64,000 bases of DNA, from assembly GCF_964355755.1 (NCBI RefSeq), contig NC_092670.1:33406388-33470387 (forward strand). The letters run 5' to 3'. This stretch comes from Antedon mediterranea (taxonomy: Eukaryota > Animalia > Echinodermata). The notes beneath the pieces are model-generated. The model saw nothing but the letters and a program-made list of their open reading frames with translations. It was not told where the DNA came from and did no database searches. The translations under genes were made by a program, and so were the position numbers. This document shows positions 27,346 to 41,640 of the stretch, piece after piece (position 1 is the stretch's first letter; every line of letters starts with the position of its first letter).

Positions 27346-28904
27346 CTACAGTACCTACTAACTGTATACAATACAGTACAATGAACTGATTACCTCATCT
27401 CATCAGTGTTGTTTTTCCCTTTTTTTTATACCACCATCACATGTTCATCACTACACTGTACACATGCTGAGTACGAGTTTATAAAAATGAATTTTAGTTC
27501 TGGATAGATTCCAAAAGTATGAATATTTCTCTTGTTGATTTAGCCGGAAATGAAAAGAAATTATTTTCTATTGAAAACGATTAGTTTCCTGTACCATCCC
27601 TCATACAGAATTTCCTGATAAAATTGTGAAAACTGGGACTTGGCCAAGGAATCCCTTAAGATAAGTGAGTGGTCCTTTCACCAACTATTTTCTTAAAGCT
27701 TAAATGATTATCGAATGTACAGTAGGCTAATTCTTATTTTAGTTCATCTGCATTTTTTACAGCTCAAATAATGTTCATTTTCAACATTACTGTAAAATAA
27801 ATCTCTACAAGTAATAGGCCCCAGTAACATTCCCATGCTATTCAGGTACTTCCCATGTCTATTCTATACATTTAATAATAATAGCTTAATCTAATTTGAA
27901 AAACCAGGCCATATCCAAATTCCAATGGGAATTTAAGGAAGATCTTAGCCAAACTTAGATTGACTCAAGCCCAAGTCAGATACAAGCCGATAGGATGTTG
28001 TCTTTATTATCGTTTATATGAACACAATAGTGGATGTTGATGAAGAAATGTTACAGTACATGCAGTATAGTGACAATAGTACATGTATATATTGTGATTG
28101 TTGTATACAAGGATGTTTTACAGTTGGGCAATCAGGCTTCCTGGGTATCAGTGTTGCTATAGTATAAATGTTTAATGTTTTCCAAAATATTAACTATTAA
28201 ACTTAGAATATCCAATTTGACTCATTTTCTACTATTTCATGATGTATGGTATTATCAATGTTCCATTCTACAATACCTGTAACATCCCCCTAGTAATAGC
28301 ATTATCTTATTTTGAATGCAAGACTCTAGCCAATATTCTCCAAGGATCATCAGTGAGGTCCTACTGTAGCCAATACAAACTCTGATTCAAATGTCTGATC
28401 TTCATTGGAACTTTGCCATTGTAGCATAGCTAAATGGTGGATTAGATTTAAGTTTACACATTTAATATTTTCCATTTACATATTTTTTCAGTGGTAGAGA
28501 TAATCTTCACATCAAATTAACCGTTCGTTATTGCTAGATAATCAAATTACAGCAAGCACAATTTCACACTTTTGACTTTGGTTCGTAGACTTTGTTAGAA
28601 GACATAATCAAGCGGCAAATCCAAGCTGTACGTGACAAGGAGTGGCAAAAAATGTAAACATTTCCACATCATTTCTGTTGTACAATACTACACTTGTCCC
28701 TGATAAACACACTTTGTGTGCTTTTGTATTAAATATTTATATATAAGACCATTTTTAAATTGATTTTATACGAATGGCTTTATGAGCTGTCAGAATTTGT
28801 TGTTAAAAAATGACTGCTACTGTAATAGTAATGATACTACTGTACATACAATTGTAAAGTTCTAGATTAAAACATGTGGAAAACCCATACATTTTCCTAT
28901 TCGA

Positions 28905-29570
28905 AAACACCAAGGATGTCCACCTTATGGAATTTTGGCTATAAAGCCACAAAGATGTCCACCAGTTATGTGTTGACTACATCAACACTACAAGGGTGTC
29001 CACCAGTTATGTGTTGACTACATCAACACCACAAGGGTGTCTTCATGTTAAGGCTATAAACAGCACAAGGATGTACACCTTTTGGAATTTTGGCTATAAA
29101 AGCCACAAAAATGTCAACCAGTTTTACAGTATGTGTTGACTACATCAACACTACAAGGGTGTCCACCAGTTATGTGTTGACTACATCAACGCCACAAGGG
29201 TGTCCACCAGTTATGTGTTGACTACATCAACGCCACCAGGGTGTCTTCATGTTAAGGCTATAAACACCACAAGGATGTCCAAGATGGTAATGTTGTCTAT
29301 AAACACTATGATGATGTCCACCAGTTATGTGTTGGACTACAGCAACACTACTACAAGTGTGTCAACCAGTATGTTAATACTATACAATACACACCACAAG
29401 GATGTTCACCATGTTATTGTTGTATCCACCAGTTATGTGTTGGCTATATAAACACCACAAGGGTGTCTTTGTTTAATATAGTGTTGACTAAAAACTCCAG
29501 TTGTCATAATTTTACATAGGCCTACTGTAAATGGCCCAAGGAACCACCACAAGGATGTCCACCAGTTTAA
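28905..29570. repeat. Minisatellite, ~40-bp unit (gtccaccagttatgtgttgactacatcaacaccacaagggt) with higher-order variants
   Basis: Direct repetition is visible; it explains ORF 29200-29451. Confidence 0.9.
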
Positions 29571-31120
29571 CTAATTTCAGTGTTGACATATGCTACAATG
29601 ATGACCAGTTTTTGAAGTGTGGACTTTACACATTAAATAAAAGCCTATAGTGAAATAGAACAATCACTGTTTATGTTGTTATTTTGCTATTCCAGAGGGA
29701 TACCTATTGAAGATCTTTATTTCTTATTTGGATTTCGTGATAACATGTCTGATGAGAAATTGATGGTGCGATGTCAAAACTGATGTACATTGATTGATAG
29801 CTGCAATGAAGATGGATACAGTAAACTAAAAACTAGGCCACAATAATACTACTAAATGTAGAATTTTAAAAGTACTGATGATCTACAAATAAGTTTACCA
29901 AAAATAGATCTAAGAGAAATTTGCTATAAGTTTGAAATGCAGACAGAATGGCAATGTAGGTCTCTACTGCATATTTATTTGAAGTCTATTTGTAGTCCTT
30001 TTCAAACAGTTTTGAATTATTATGTTTCTATTGTATATTTTGCATTTATCCAACCAAAAATCTACCCAAATTGTTTTTTTTGATCGGAGGATATGATAGA
30101 ATACATGATGACAATAACGTCGCCATAGCGATTATGGACTATTAGCGTAAATCCTATATATGATAGTAACTGGTAGAAAAAGCAAGTTATATCTTTAGTA
30201 CAAATTTATTAACAATGACTTTGGACTTATACACAGTGCAATTAATAAATTAAAACATTAACAAATTGTAGTCATCGTTTTGTATAACTTTCTTAAGTTA
30301 ACTATATGTACAAATCAACTATATAAACATTTCTCTACGATTCTCACTTTGTTTATGATCATAAAAATGTATATCGTGAATAAAACACATAAAATGTATA
30401 CTGCTGCTACCTTTCGGCAATGGCATTGAATTTCATATGAGAACTTTAATGGTATACAGTGTACATTTAATAAGGTGTAAAAGATATCTTTTATGGATTT
30501 CTTATTGACCTGAATTTATTTTTACTGCTCATTCTTGTTTTAAAAAATATATGCAAATTAAGTATCTCATACAGTATCACATTTATTTCTGTCATTTGTT
30601 TACTGTCTATTGACCAATCTTGACTGTTAATCATTTTTTGATTTTTTCTTTTCTGCCCACTCACGTCTCTCAACACTTTTGTACAACAGCATACAAAAGT
30701 CAGGTGATTTTTTTTTCATTTCTTGTGTATTTCTGCTTGTTTCTAATTACTGACAGCCACCCCCACATTTCTATCTGAGCTTTGTCCTCTTGGTTACTTC
30801 TAACCTTTTTTACAAAGTTTCATGGCTGCTTTTTTTTTTTTGAACCCACATCTTTTGTTAATAACATAATAATTGACTGAATTTAGTCAATAAACTCTTT
30901 GAATGAACAAAAAAGATTGCCCAGCAGTAGAATTCAACTTACAGAGAGTTTATCAAAACCAATGTATTTACTTTTATTGAATTGCAAATATGTATGGAAT
31001 TTCCTCTTTCTATTGAAATGCTTTGTTATTTACCGCTTGCATGAACATTGCAGAACAATCATATCTTGCGGTTTCAAACAATAGGCCAGGCATTCAAGGT
31101 GCTAAAGTACTTTATTAAAC

Positions 31121-31143
31121 CATAGAGATATAATATCTCTATG
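31121..31143. mobile_element. Minimal P-element-like remnant (termini only)
   Basis: CATAGAGATA-taa-TATCTCTATG is a perfect 10-bp inverted repeat flanked by attaaac / tttaaac. Confidence 0.5.
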
Positions 31144-32951
31144 TTTAAACTCAACCTTTTTACTAAACAGTAATACTGTAGGCCTACACCTGATGTTTAT
31201 ATTTTGCTAAATAAAGGTTGCTTCTTATACAGTAGATTAGGGTTGGAAAAGGGTTTTTTTATGCTGCTATCTTAGTGGGTTTTCAAATTTCACCCCTATG
31301 AGATTAATTGTTTAGCCTTTTTTCAATGTTGGATTTATGAAAAGAGTTTTTTAATGATTTCTCAGTAACCAATTATCACAGAGGTTTAAGTAAATACTGT
31401 ACTTGACAAACTCAACACTTTACTACTGACTTTAGCTCCATTGATATCAATACAGGTCGCTTCAGGCACTTCCTTATCTTTTTTTTTTCAGTTATTAAAA
31501 AAATATTTTAGTTTTGAATCATACAGTAGTTTATTGAATTCAAAGTGAGGTCAGTAAAAATTATAATCAATCTTTCTGTAGTTTTTCTGTAATTGTATAC
31601 TTTACTGTAGTCATGTATTATCGTGAGGTAATTTCACGATTGATCGTAATCAAAACGGTACTGGGTTTGGTCTAGTAGCGTTCCTGCTCCCAACAAGTAC
31701 ATCCATTCATAGAAGCCTAAATGAAGTAAGCCTACCTGGTGGTAACCATAGAACGGTCCCGAGATAACGACTATACTTCGGCTTTAGTCGATAGAAGATT
31801 GAAAAAATTGTTAGAAATAGAGTATACGATGTTTGATTATGTGTAGATGTGTGATTTGTTCTTTTATTCAAAATTCATGTTATTTATTAATATTTAATAA
31901 ATAAATTAATTAAATTATCGTACTGTAGATTGTATATTATGCAATAAATATTATTTAATAAATTGTTGATATATTATTATTATTATAATATTTAATAAAA
32001 AGATATTTGTTTAGTATACATTTAAAACAATATAGATATAAGAAAGAAAAGCAAAGAGATTATGTATTCATTTTAACTCAAAGATACTGTGTACAGTATA
32101 TAAAAAAAATCAATAATCTTAAATAAAACATAGATATTTTGGACATTACTCGTTCAGCAGTACTGTATCTTTCAATAATTGTTCTATTTCTTTAGCCATC
32201 ACATGGTCGTTTTATTATTTCCACGGTTCAACTTCTGGCGAGAATATCACAGTAATAAAACTAATCGTGCTATTTTCTTAACTTTAATACTATTTGTATG
32301 CTGATTTTGAATAGAAATGGCTTGTAGTAATTCCCTGGAAACCACTAAACGACTGAACAATGTTCTTTGAAATGAAAAACTAGCAATTCATTACAGATAC
32401 TGTTTTATTGATGTGGAAGCAGTTTACTGCGTTTAGTGTCCGTCTCTGACATGTTTTAAGAATGAATTTATGAGAATTTTAATCTAGAACTGATATCCTA
32501 GCCAACATTGCCCGTGGAAAGAAACAGGAAAAAAAATGATTTTAATTATGAGGTTTGGTTTTTTTTAGTAATATGCCGTTTGATTTCTTGAAAGGTTAAT
32601 TAAATTCTTTAATAAGTGTATGTCTGAAAAAGGGGTTTACAAAATTTTCCTTTAGAGTTTCCACAACCTAAAAATCGTTACATATGGTAAACAAATGACT
32701 AACTGGACTCCAATACTAAAGTAATTTGAAAACAATTTAAACTGACGCAACCAAATAGTTCAAAGTAAAGTTTTTAGTTATTTCAATAATTTTCTTTCCT
32801 AAATAATTTTTTTTAAATCTGTTATACTATAAATAGTTCTGTATTATTATTAGTTTGTTGAGTTTGGTATTCAGTTTTATTTTTTAGTTTCCAGACTGCA
32901 AACTATGACAGTTTACAACAAAATATACTACAACGTATTATTAACTACTGA

Positions 32952-35900
32952 TTGGTTATCTGCAACGAAGTTGCAGGATAACCTCTTGTGATTGTACGAA
33001 ATCATCATCATCATCATCATTGGTTATCCGCAACGAAGTTGCAGGATAACCTCTTGTGATTGTACGAAATCATCATCATCATCTTTTTCTTAATCTTCTT
33101 TCTTTCTGTATGATTTTTGTGTAACGCTTTTCTCTAAAACTTGCAAACATAACATTTTGTTAACTATGTTAACATTTTGACATTTATGTAACGTCGTCAA
33201 GCGAAGCTTTTCATGATGTTTACAATCGCGCAACGTGACGTACGCGCGATTTAACGATTTTCTCGTATTTAACATATGTCGAAAACCAAATAACATTTTA
33301 AAGTGAAACTTTGCAAAAGTTTAATTTATATCATGCGCTAACCTTCTGTTGAAAAAAAATTGCGTGTTTTACACAAAGTTACGCGCGCACGCGCATTTAA
33401 AATTTCAAAATGCGCAAAATTAATTTCTAATCAACTTTCTACGCGTTTCATGTCGGTTTAAGCATGTCAAAAATTCCCACGCATGCGCACATTTTTACGT
33501 GTGCGGAGCGCACGTAGCACTGAAAACGTATTTTTTTCGCGTGATTTATGTTTTTCCAGCATTTTCTAGTAATTTTACCAAATTTTAAACAATTTTGACT
33601 TAAAGATACGTCATACGAGCACGTCGAATTGGACAATTTGCGCGCGTTTTTTATGAAAACGTTAAAAAATTCGTTTAAAATATGCCTTTTTTAAAACAGT
33701 CGTAATTTCTAAACTAAACGGTCAACTTTTTGTGGATGGCATTTTCTGGAAGTAGATGAGTTGTAGATATTGGATCAGGTATTAATATGGCTAACCGGAC
33801 ATTGTGATGTCATCGTATGGCCACGCAAATATAAAATTTAGGATTTTGTATCTTTCGTCATAGCTCATCACATTGAATAGAGCGCATCTCCACTTATCCG
33901 TTTTCCATTTTCACCCCGATTTTGATATTGTCTAGGTCAATCAACTATCTTTCGCATGAGTTAAAAATATTTTAATTTTTTTTACGTCATCGTGCTTAAA
34001 AATTTAAATCACGTGTGGCATTAATTTCATCTTTACAGTAAATTTTAATCTGTTATAGCTCGTAAGAATAAAATGTGATAATCACGATTAAAACTTTTTC
34101 TGGAAGCTATTGGACTGTAGATACGAAATTATGTAAAAATGTTGCCAATTAGATGTTGTGACGTCATCATATGGCCAGTTAAATAAAAAAGGTCGTATTT
34201 TCATCTTTTGCGTCATAATTCATTACATTTAAACGAGCGCGCATCAATATTTCACGTATTCAAATTTCTTCTACATGCTAATACGTTGTTGCTGAGATAA
34301 TTTCCTTTCGGAATTGCTACCTTCGCGTTTTATTTTAAAACCGTCAACATGTTAAAAATTGCAATAAATAGCGGGTCCCGTAATTTCACCTATTCTACAC
34401 TGTATGTGATATGGATACAGATTATACTGTGTACACTATATATGAATTTGAATAATAAAATTCAGCAATAACAACATATCATATTCTTCAGTTCAGGTCA
34501 TAATGCCAACGTGAACACTTCCTTTTGTCCTCAACCTATCCCCTTAATGTTAATGTTGCACCACTTGCGCGGCGGATAACCAAACTCGTCAAAGTGACGA
34601 GTTACATGTCTAGTCATCAACTTTTTATTCTTCTTCTTTCTTTCTGTATGATTTTTGTGTAACGCTTTTCTCTAAAACTCGCAAACATAACATTTCGGTA
34701 ACTATCTTAACATATTGACATTTACGTAATGTCGTCATGCGAAGCTTTTCATGACGTTTACAATTGCGCAACGTGACTTACGCGCGATTTAACGATTTTG
34801 TCGTATTTAACATAGCTCGACAACCAAATAACATTTCAACTTGAAACTTTGCAAAAGTTTAATTTATATCATGCGCTAACTTTCTGTTGAAAAAAAATTG
34901 CGTGTTTTACACAAAGTTACGCGCGCACGCGCATTTAAAATTTCAAAATGCGCAAAATTAATTTATAATCAACTTTCTACGCGTTTCATGTCGTGTTAAG
35001 CATGTCAAAAATTCCCACGCGTGCGCACAATTTTACGTGTGCGGTGCGCACGTAGCATTGAAAACGTATTTTTTTCGCGTGACTTATGTTTTTCCAGCCT
35101 TTTCTAGTAATTTTACCAAATTTTAAACAATTTCGACTTAAAGATACGTCATACGAGCACGTCGAATTGGACAATTTGCGCGCATTTTTTATGAAAAGGT
35201 TAAAAAATTCGTTTAAAATATGCCTTTTTTTAAACAGTCGTAATTGCTAAACTAGACGGTCAAATTTTTGTGGATGACATATTCTAGAAGTAGATGAGTT
35301 GTAGATATTGGATCAGGTATTAATATGGCTAACCGGACATTGTGACGTCATCGTATGGCCACGCGAATATAAAATTTAGGAATTTTGTATCTTTCGTCAT
35401 AGCTCATCACATTGAATAGAGCGCATCTCCACTTATCCGTTTTCCGTTTTCACCCCGATTTTGATATTGTCTAGGTCAATCAACTATCTTTCGCATGAGT
35501 TAAAAATATTTTAATTTTTTTGACGTCATTATGCCTAAAAATTTAAATCACGTGTGGCATTAATTTCATCTTTACAGTAAATTTTAATCTGTTATAGCTC
35601 GTAAGAATAAAATGTGATAATCACGATTAAAACTTTTTCTGGAAGCTATTGGATTGTAGATACGAAATTATGTAAAAATGTTGCCAATCGGATGTTGTGA
35701 CGTCATCATATGGCCAGTTAAATAAAAAAGGTCGTATTTTCATCTTTTGCGTCATAATTCATTACATTTAAAAGAGCGCGCATCAATATTTAACGTATTC
35801 AAATTTCTTCTACACGCTAATACGTTGTTGCTGAGATAATTTCCTTTCGGAATTGCTACCTTTGTGTTTCATTTTAAAACCGTCAACATGTTAAAAATTG

Positions 35901-36152
35901 CAATAAATAGCGGGTCCCGTAATTTCACCTATTCTACACTGTATGTGGTATGTATACAAATTATACTGTGTATACTAGATATGAATTTAAATAATAAAAT
36001 TCAGCAATAACAACATATCATATTCTTCAGTTCAGGTCATAATGCCAACGTGAACACTTCCTTTTGTCCTCAACCTATCCCTTTAATGTTAATGTTGCAC
36101 CACTTGCGCGGCGGATAACCAAACTCGTCAAAGTGACGAGTTACATGTCTAG
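32952..36152 (+). mobile_element. Non-autonomous Helitron-class (HINE/Helentron-like) element, outer copy (32952-33019 + 34614-36152)
   Basis: Starts A|TTGGTTATC with a 5' stem-loop and (ATC)n. The 3' end has the sub-TIR GCGGATAACCAA, a hairpin AACTCGTCA-AAG-TGACGAGTT and the terminus CTAG|T. No TSD. Confidence 0.88.
33020..34613 (+). mobile_element. Same Helitron-class family, complete inner copy (1594 bp)
   Basis: A|TTGGTTATCCGC ... GCGGATAACCAAACTCGTCAAAGTGACGAGTTACATGTCTAG|T. Highly similar to the outer copy; explains the twin ORFs 33448-33636 and 34986-35174. Confidence 0.9.
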
Positions 36153-39100
36153 TTATTAATGCAGTAGTTGGTGGATTTTTAAGACAACGATCTATCTTAA
36201 AGGCAACTAGTTTGTTTTTATTATATTTTTTTTTTGCAAACTTGGATTATTTATTGTTGGCTAGAGGAGTGCATGTTCTCCAGGCCAGGTGGATAAAGTG
36301 TCCTACATATGGTTTAGTATTATGCGCACATTTCTTACAATGTTTCATATACGAGTTTCATAAAGAGAACTTCTGTTCAAACCTTAAGGGAGTGATGGTT
36401 AGCGTATGCAGTGTACAGTTTGCTATGGATGAAATACGGTTGAAGATGACGAACCAGTCGCAAGAGAAAGAAAGACACCTTAGAGGTTGCTGCGGAATAT
36501 AAAACCCATTGGAATATTGCAGATCATTTAAAAAAGAAACATCTTTATAGAGGTTGCTGCTATTGCTGAAGATAATAAATCTGTTGTGTATAGTAATAAA
36601 TATCTTGGGTATCTTATGTGATGTTCAATACAAAAAGCAATATTGTTTTTGTAATGAAGCATATAGTTCAGTTAATTTTTCGGTAGTGACTAAAGCGAAA
36701 ATCTAAAGAAGCAATCTTGGCAGTACCGATTGACTAAAATTGACTAAGCACTATTTAGTAGTAATAGCCTATTCCATAATTTCCATTTCACATAAAATAA
36801 TGTTTGCTGTACAAATCATTTTGGTTGTTGTGTATTGATGTAATGTCTGATTGACAGGTAGGGGTATTCCATTAAAATTGATTCTTTGTATTTGTCCCCC
36901 AAATTGGAAATGGATGTCTGTTTATCCAGGTAAGCGGCACTCATACAGATTACCATTACCATCACCATTTCTAGTTTGGGTAATTTATGATTTAATATAT
37001 TATATAATTCAGGAATTGATAATTCATTGCCTACAATCTTTTAATTATAATGTGGAATATAATCCTCTTTGTACAGAAGAAGAAGTATGGAAGAAATGTT
37101 ACAGATTATATCCATTTAAATTAAATTTCAATTTAATTTATTCCAATAAAAACAAATGACGAAATTTGTAAGCTTATTAAACCTATTTAATTTGATATTT
37201 GGAATCTCCTTAGGTGAAATGATCTTAATTGTTTGGTCTGGTTCAAGGTTTTATTGAGTATTCCCTGAGTTAAAGTGTTTTTTATAATGTAATTGTATCT
37301 GAATGTGATGTGAGTTCATAGTAGAATTAAATTCCTACATGATAGAATATTTATACTGTTAATTTGATCATGTGTAAAGAAATAAATGCAACAGAAACAT
37401 TGAATTTTGAGTAACAATATGTGGGTATGTTTTATATATCTAAACCCCAAAATCAAAGGTCTAATTTATCATGGAAAGGGTAACTTTTTAGCCTATTTTG
37501 TAGTCGATTATGTTCATCTCCAAAATTGTTATTACCATTTTTTAGTGTATGTGTTTGTTGGTGTTTAAAAGATCTAATATAATCTGTACTTTCTTTAATA
37601 AGTATCATATGATTGATATTATTATCATGATCATATTATTTTACGGATATTGCATATTTTTAAAATTTTGTTTAGGAAGTCATTGGCTAATAATACCAAG
37701 GACAATTCTGTAAAATGAGTTTAGAATCCATTTCCAATGGTTGTTGGACTGTATTTTATACAATTCACAACACACCAACTGGACAGTAAAATAATGCAAT
37801 TTTACAAAGAATATTTTCATTAAAAGTCTTTTTGATTAGCCATAACTGCTAATCATTCTAATAGAGTTGTTTGAAAAATAGTTTTGTAGCATTTGTTTTG
37901 TTGGGATACCATTTGATAAATAGCAAAGGAGATTTCCTGCTTTTTTGTAAACATTGCCGCATTTTCGATTCTTTTATGCAATTTTTTCACATTTTCTGTA
38001 AGAGAAAAAAATAGGTTTGGTGTAACATTTTGCTATGCTACACTGGTGAAAATTGTCCCTGTTTTAAACACTTTTTTCCTTCTTTTTTGTAAACATTTCC
38101 AATTATACTATGCAATTTTTTCAACTGTCACATCTGTCTGTAACTAGGGCGACCAAAGTAGGCAGCATATGAATTGCAGTGCTTTATGATACTGTAATAC
38201 AACTTCACACCTCGGAAATCAAATTCCTATTTTGCTGAAAAAAATTAACTATTAATAGTGACAACTGTTATATTACTAGAATCACTTATTTTCTATAATT
38301 TGAAATAAGTATTCTTACCGGAGGCCTTGTTCACAGTTCGTTAGTGATGGAAGGAAATAATCAAGATAGCTTGGAAACTGCCATGGCCAGATTTTAACTT
38401 GTTAAATAAATATATGTACTGTATGTACAAAACATAAAAAAAAGTTTTTTTTACATTCTTCTATTGCTAAATGTATCAATATCATACAAATTATTTAAAT
38501 TATTATTAAAATTATCTCAATACTTATTTTTTAAATAATTTTGATGTTCAAAATGTGTGTACAGTAGTTTGTCCCTTTCTTGTAGATTCTTTAATTTGTA
38601 GAATGTAATTTTTGTTTTTGGTTTATTTCCATGCTCTTTTCTAGGTTGACCAACTAGCATAGGTGTTTTCTACCTCTTTGCTCTTTCCTTACCTTTTATA
38701 TTTGTTTTTTGTTTGTTTTTTTTTAATTCAATGAATACAAAAATAATAAAAATAAATAAATATTAGAAGATAAAATATACAAATCAAAAAGCAAATTATA
38801 TATACTGAAAAAATGACAATGCTGTTATCAATGGCGCTGGATCTCAATGGAGATACAGATAAAATAGGTATAGCAATCATAACAATATATTTAATTAACC
38901 AAAGATGTTGTTATATAAATTGTTTGTTTATACTCAGAGTCACAACATTTTGTTCACTGAAGTATAAAAATAAAATACAAAATTAAATTCCTGGTAAAAA
39001 ATGTTTTATGGTACTGATGGATAGATGTTGTTGTGATTGGGTTCAAATAGAGTTGACAAAGTCTGTAGTACTGTATACTTGTGTCATTAATTATTATTTT

Positions 39101-41379
39101 CAGTTAATAATACAGGGCTACCTGTGAGAACATCTGGCCTTAATAACATTATTATTTCACAGTAACTGTGGTCACATTTGGCTTGTGAACTATGCCATGA
39201 GAGACTGTTACATTTTGATAACAATTTTGCTGATTTCAAAAGAATAATGTGTATAGTTTAAGAACATCAGAAAGGGCAGAGAAGAGGAGCAGTTCGGGGA
39301 AGCGATGATGATTAATTAATGAGTCTTTTTAGATTGGAAGTTGGAAGAATAGAATTATCATGTTAAAACTGAAACTACCTATAGTACTTTACAGTACCTT
39401 CCGACTGGAATGAAATTTGAGTTTTGACCAAAACAAACTTGTATTGTCAGTTATTTAGATATTCAGATCTATTAACAACATTTTAGTTCACTGGTAAACT
39501 AGTTTGTTAAAATGATCAATTACACATTGTCTTGCCAGTTCACATTATACTCCATGCAGCAGTTTGAATGAAAAAAATTCTTGTCTCTTGTGATGAAAAT
39601 AAATCATCCGTCAAAAATACTTCTGTTCACATTCCATTTTCATCTTTGTATTCTACTTTTGACTGTCATCTTGGATTGATAGATTAGCATTCTAATACAG
39701 TAGGTATAAATGAATGCTGTATTTGTTGCTTACTGTAATTACTTCATAAGAGTTGGCCGGGTGAAACTGAAATTAGTTTAAAGGTGAAGAATCAGTCACA
39801 TTTTACATGTCAATGAATCCGTTCATCTGTTTGAAATCATTTATATACTATAGTTATGATTTAATAATTATTATACTGTAATTCATATTTCATTAACATG
39901 TGACTTGAATTTCATACTGTAGTAAATGTGTTTATAACATAACCCAAAATACAACTCTCGTTGGCAGTCAAATGGTTAAGATGTTATGGTAGACCCAAAG
40001 TAAAGTTCAGTCAGTTTCGATAAATGGTGAAATTATATTTTGGAGGAGGTTTGCATAGGATTTTGTAGGGTTTTGCACTTTGAAATCTGTAATTTCCCAA
40101 AAATTAAAGTTTTTCATATAAAATGTTGTTTTCATATTGTACAGTACATTGGCTCCTTGTAACATTTTAGTCTATTTAATCAATATTTATTCATTTGAAG
40201 CAGGTTTGTTCCAACATTAAATCGTCATGTCTTTAACCGTTTGGGGGATTTTTTTTTCTTCAAATGGTTGATAAACCGCATATTTGCTCACGTACGAACC
40301 ATGGCCTTTCAGTATATTCCAGTTATTTTATTGGATATTAGCCAGATTTATCACTAATAAGTGTGATATGTTTTGATTAATAACATTAACATTCCACACT
40401 AATTATTGTGCTATTGACAAACAGTAAGAGATTTTCAGTCATTTGTTGCATGAACACTCCTATAGAGTTTGAAACACTTGGATGGAAATCATAGAAAATG
40501 AAACATTGAGGATGCAATAACTTAAAACAATAATGTGTTGGGCTTATTCCTACTCCTTGCTATTGGGACTTCAGTCATTAGTTAAGCTGAAAATAGTTCT
40601 AGAAGCTTGACTGTATTATAAAGTTTCAGTATTTATATAACTCCACTCAAGACTCTTTTTGTTTGTCAAGTGAATAGGATTACCAACATTAAAGGAGAAT
40701 AATGAATAAATTCACCGACTATAGAACATTTTGAGACTGACGTGACAGTGAAATTACAAAATAAATATTAGGGAGATTCTGGCATCTGGGAGAAATGATA
40801 TATTCTTGCTAGTACTGTAACGGTATAATGCAGTGCAAAGCATCTGAGCTCAAAGTGTCGGGTTATACATTTTTCTACTTAATAAACACATTTGATGTAT
40901 ATAAACTATTTATTTTTTTCATCGCTCACATCAGATATTAGTATTCTAGTAATTGGTAATTTGATAGAACACAGTAATAATTTTTTATTAATAAAATATA
41001 GTATTTCATTTTTCATTTTTGTATGTAAAATTCTTGTATGGTTGTTAAAACTTTCTTAATACCTATATAACATCAAAGATATCAAGTTAAGTCAACCTGG
41101 CGAAAGACAATTTGAAGAAGTTAATACAAAAATTGTATGCGATATTCATGTGGGAAAAAAGATCATTATCATTGTCTACTGTTGACTTTGAAGGCATGAA
41201 ATCTTAGACAGCTAATATCGAATGTATAATATCATAAAAATAACACTCATAAAAATATATTATCTTTTTTATGTGGTCTTGGATAGTGTTCATTGAAAAG
41301 ATGATTAAAATTCTCTTTCGAACAAGTTTTGTAATTTAAGAAATGTTTGAAAGATTTTGTAAAGAGGATTAACACTTTG

Positions 41380-41640
41380 TTTCATCATCTTCTTCATCAT
41401 ACATCATCTTTTTTAAAAGTAAATTTCTTCTTCCAAGAGCTTACTCTTTCGTACTGAAAAAGCAATCTAACTTTCTGCACTTCTTGCTCCTTCTTCCATC
41501 CAAGCTGTTCTTCATGCGTTCTTTTTCCATATCTTTCCACACCACATTTGGCCATCTTCGTACTCCTACGTCTAACTTCTAAATGGCAAGCTGTCTTTAT
41601 ACTGGCTCATCTTTTCTTTTTTGTTCCATCATCTAGTTTC
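41380..41640 (-). mobile_element. 3' relic of an RTE-like LINE
   Basis: The minus strand reads, with a frameshift, LEVRRR / RRWPNVVWKDME. This resembles the RTE C-terminal motif EV.G.R..GRP.RRW.D.V..DM, and a GAT/GAA-rich tail follows. Confidence 0.55.

Noticed and set aside
28905-29570. CRISPR-like array or repeat protein
   Set aside because: Contiguous tandem units without unique spacers, eukaryotic context and no cas genes.
33448-35174. Duplicated 62-aa ORFs as a small gene pair
   Set aside because: They lie inside the two copies of the non-autonomous Helitron-class element.
32952-36152. Simple tandem duplication or assembly error
   Set aside because: The head-head-body-body order, exact A|T junctions and many substitutions between copies indicate nesting.
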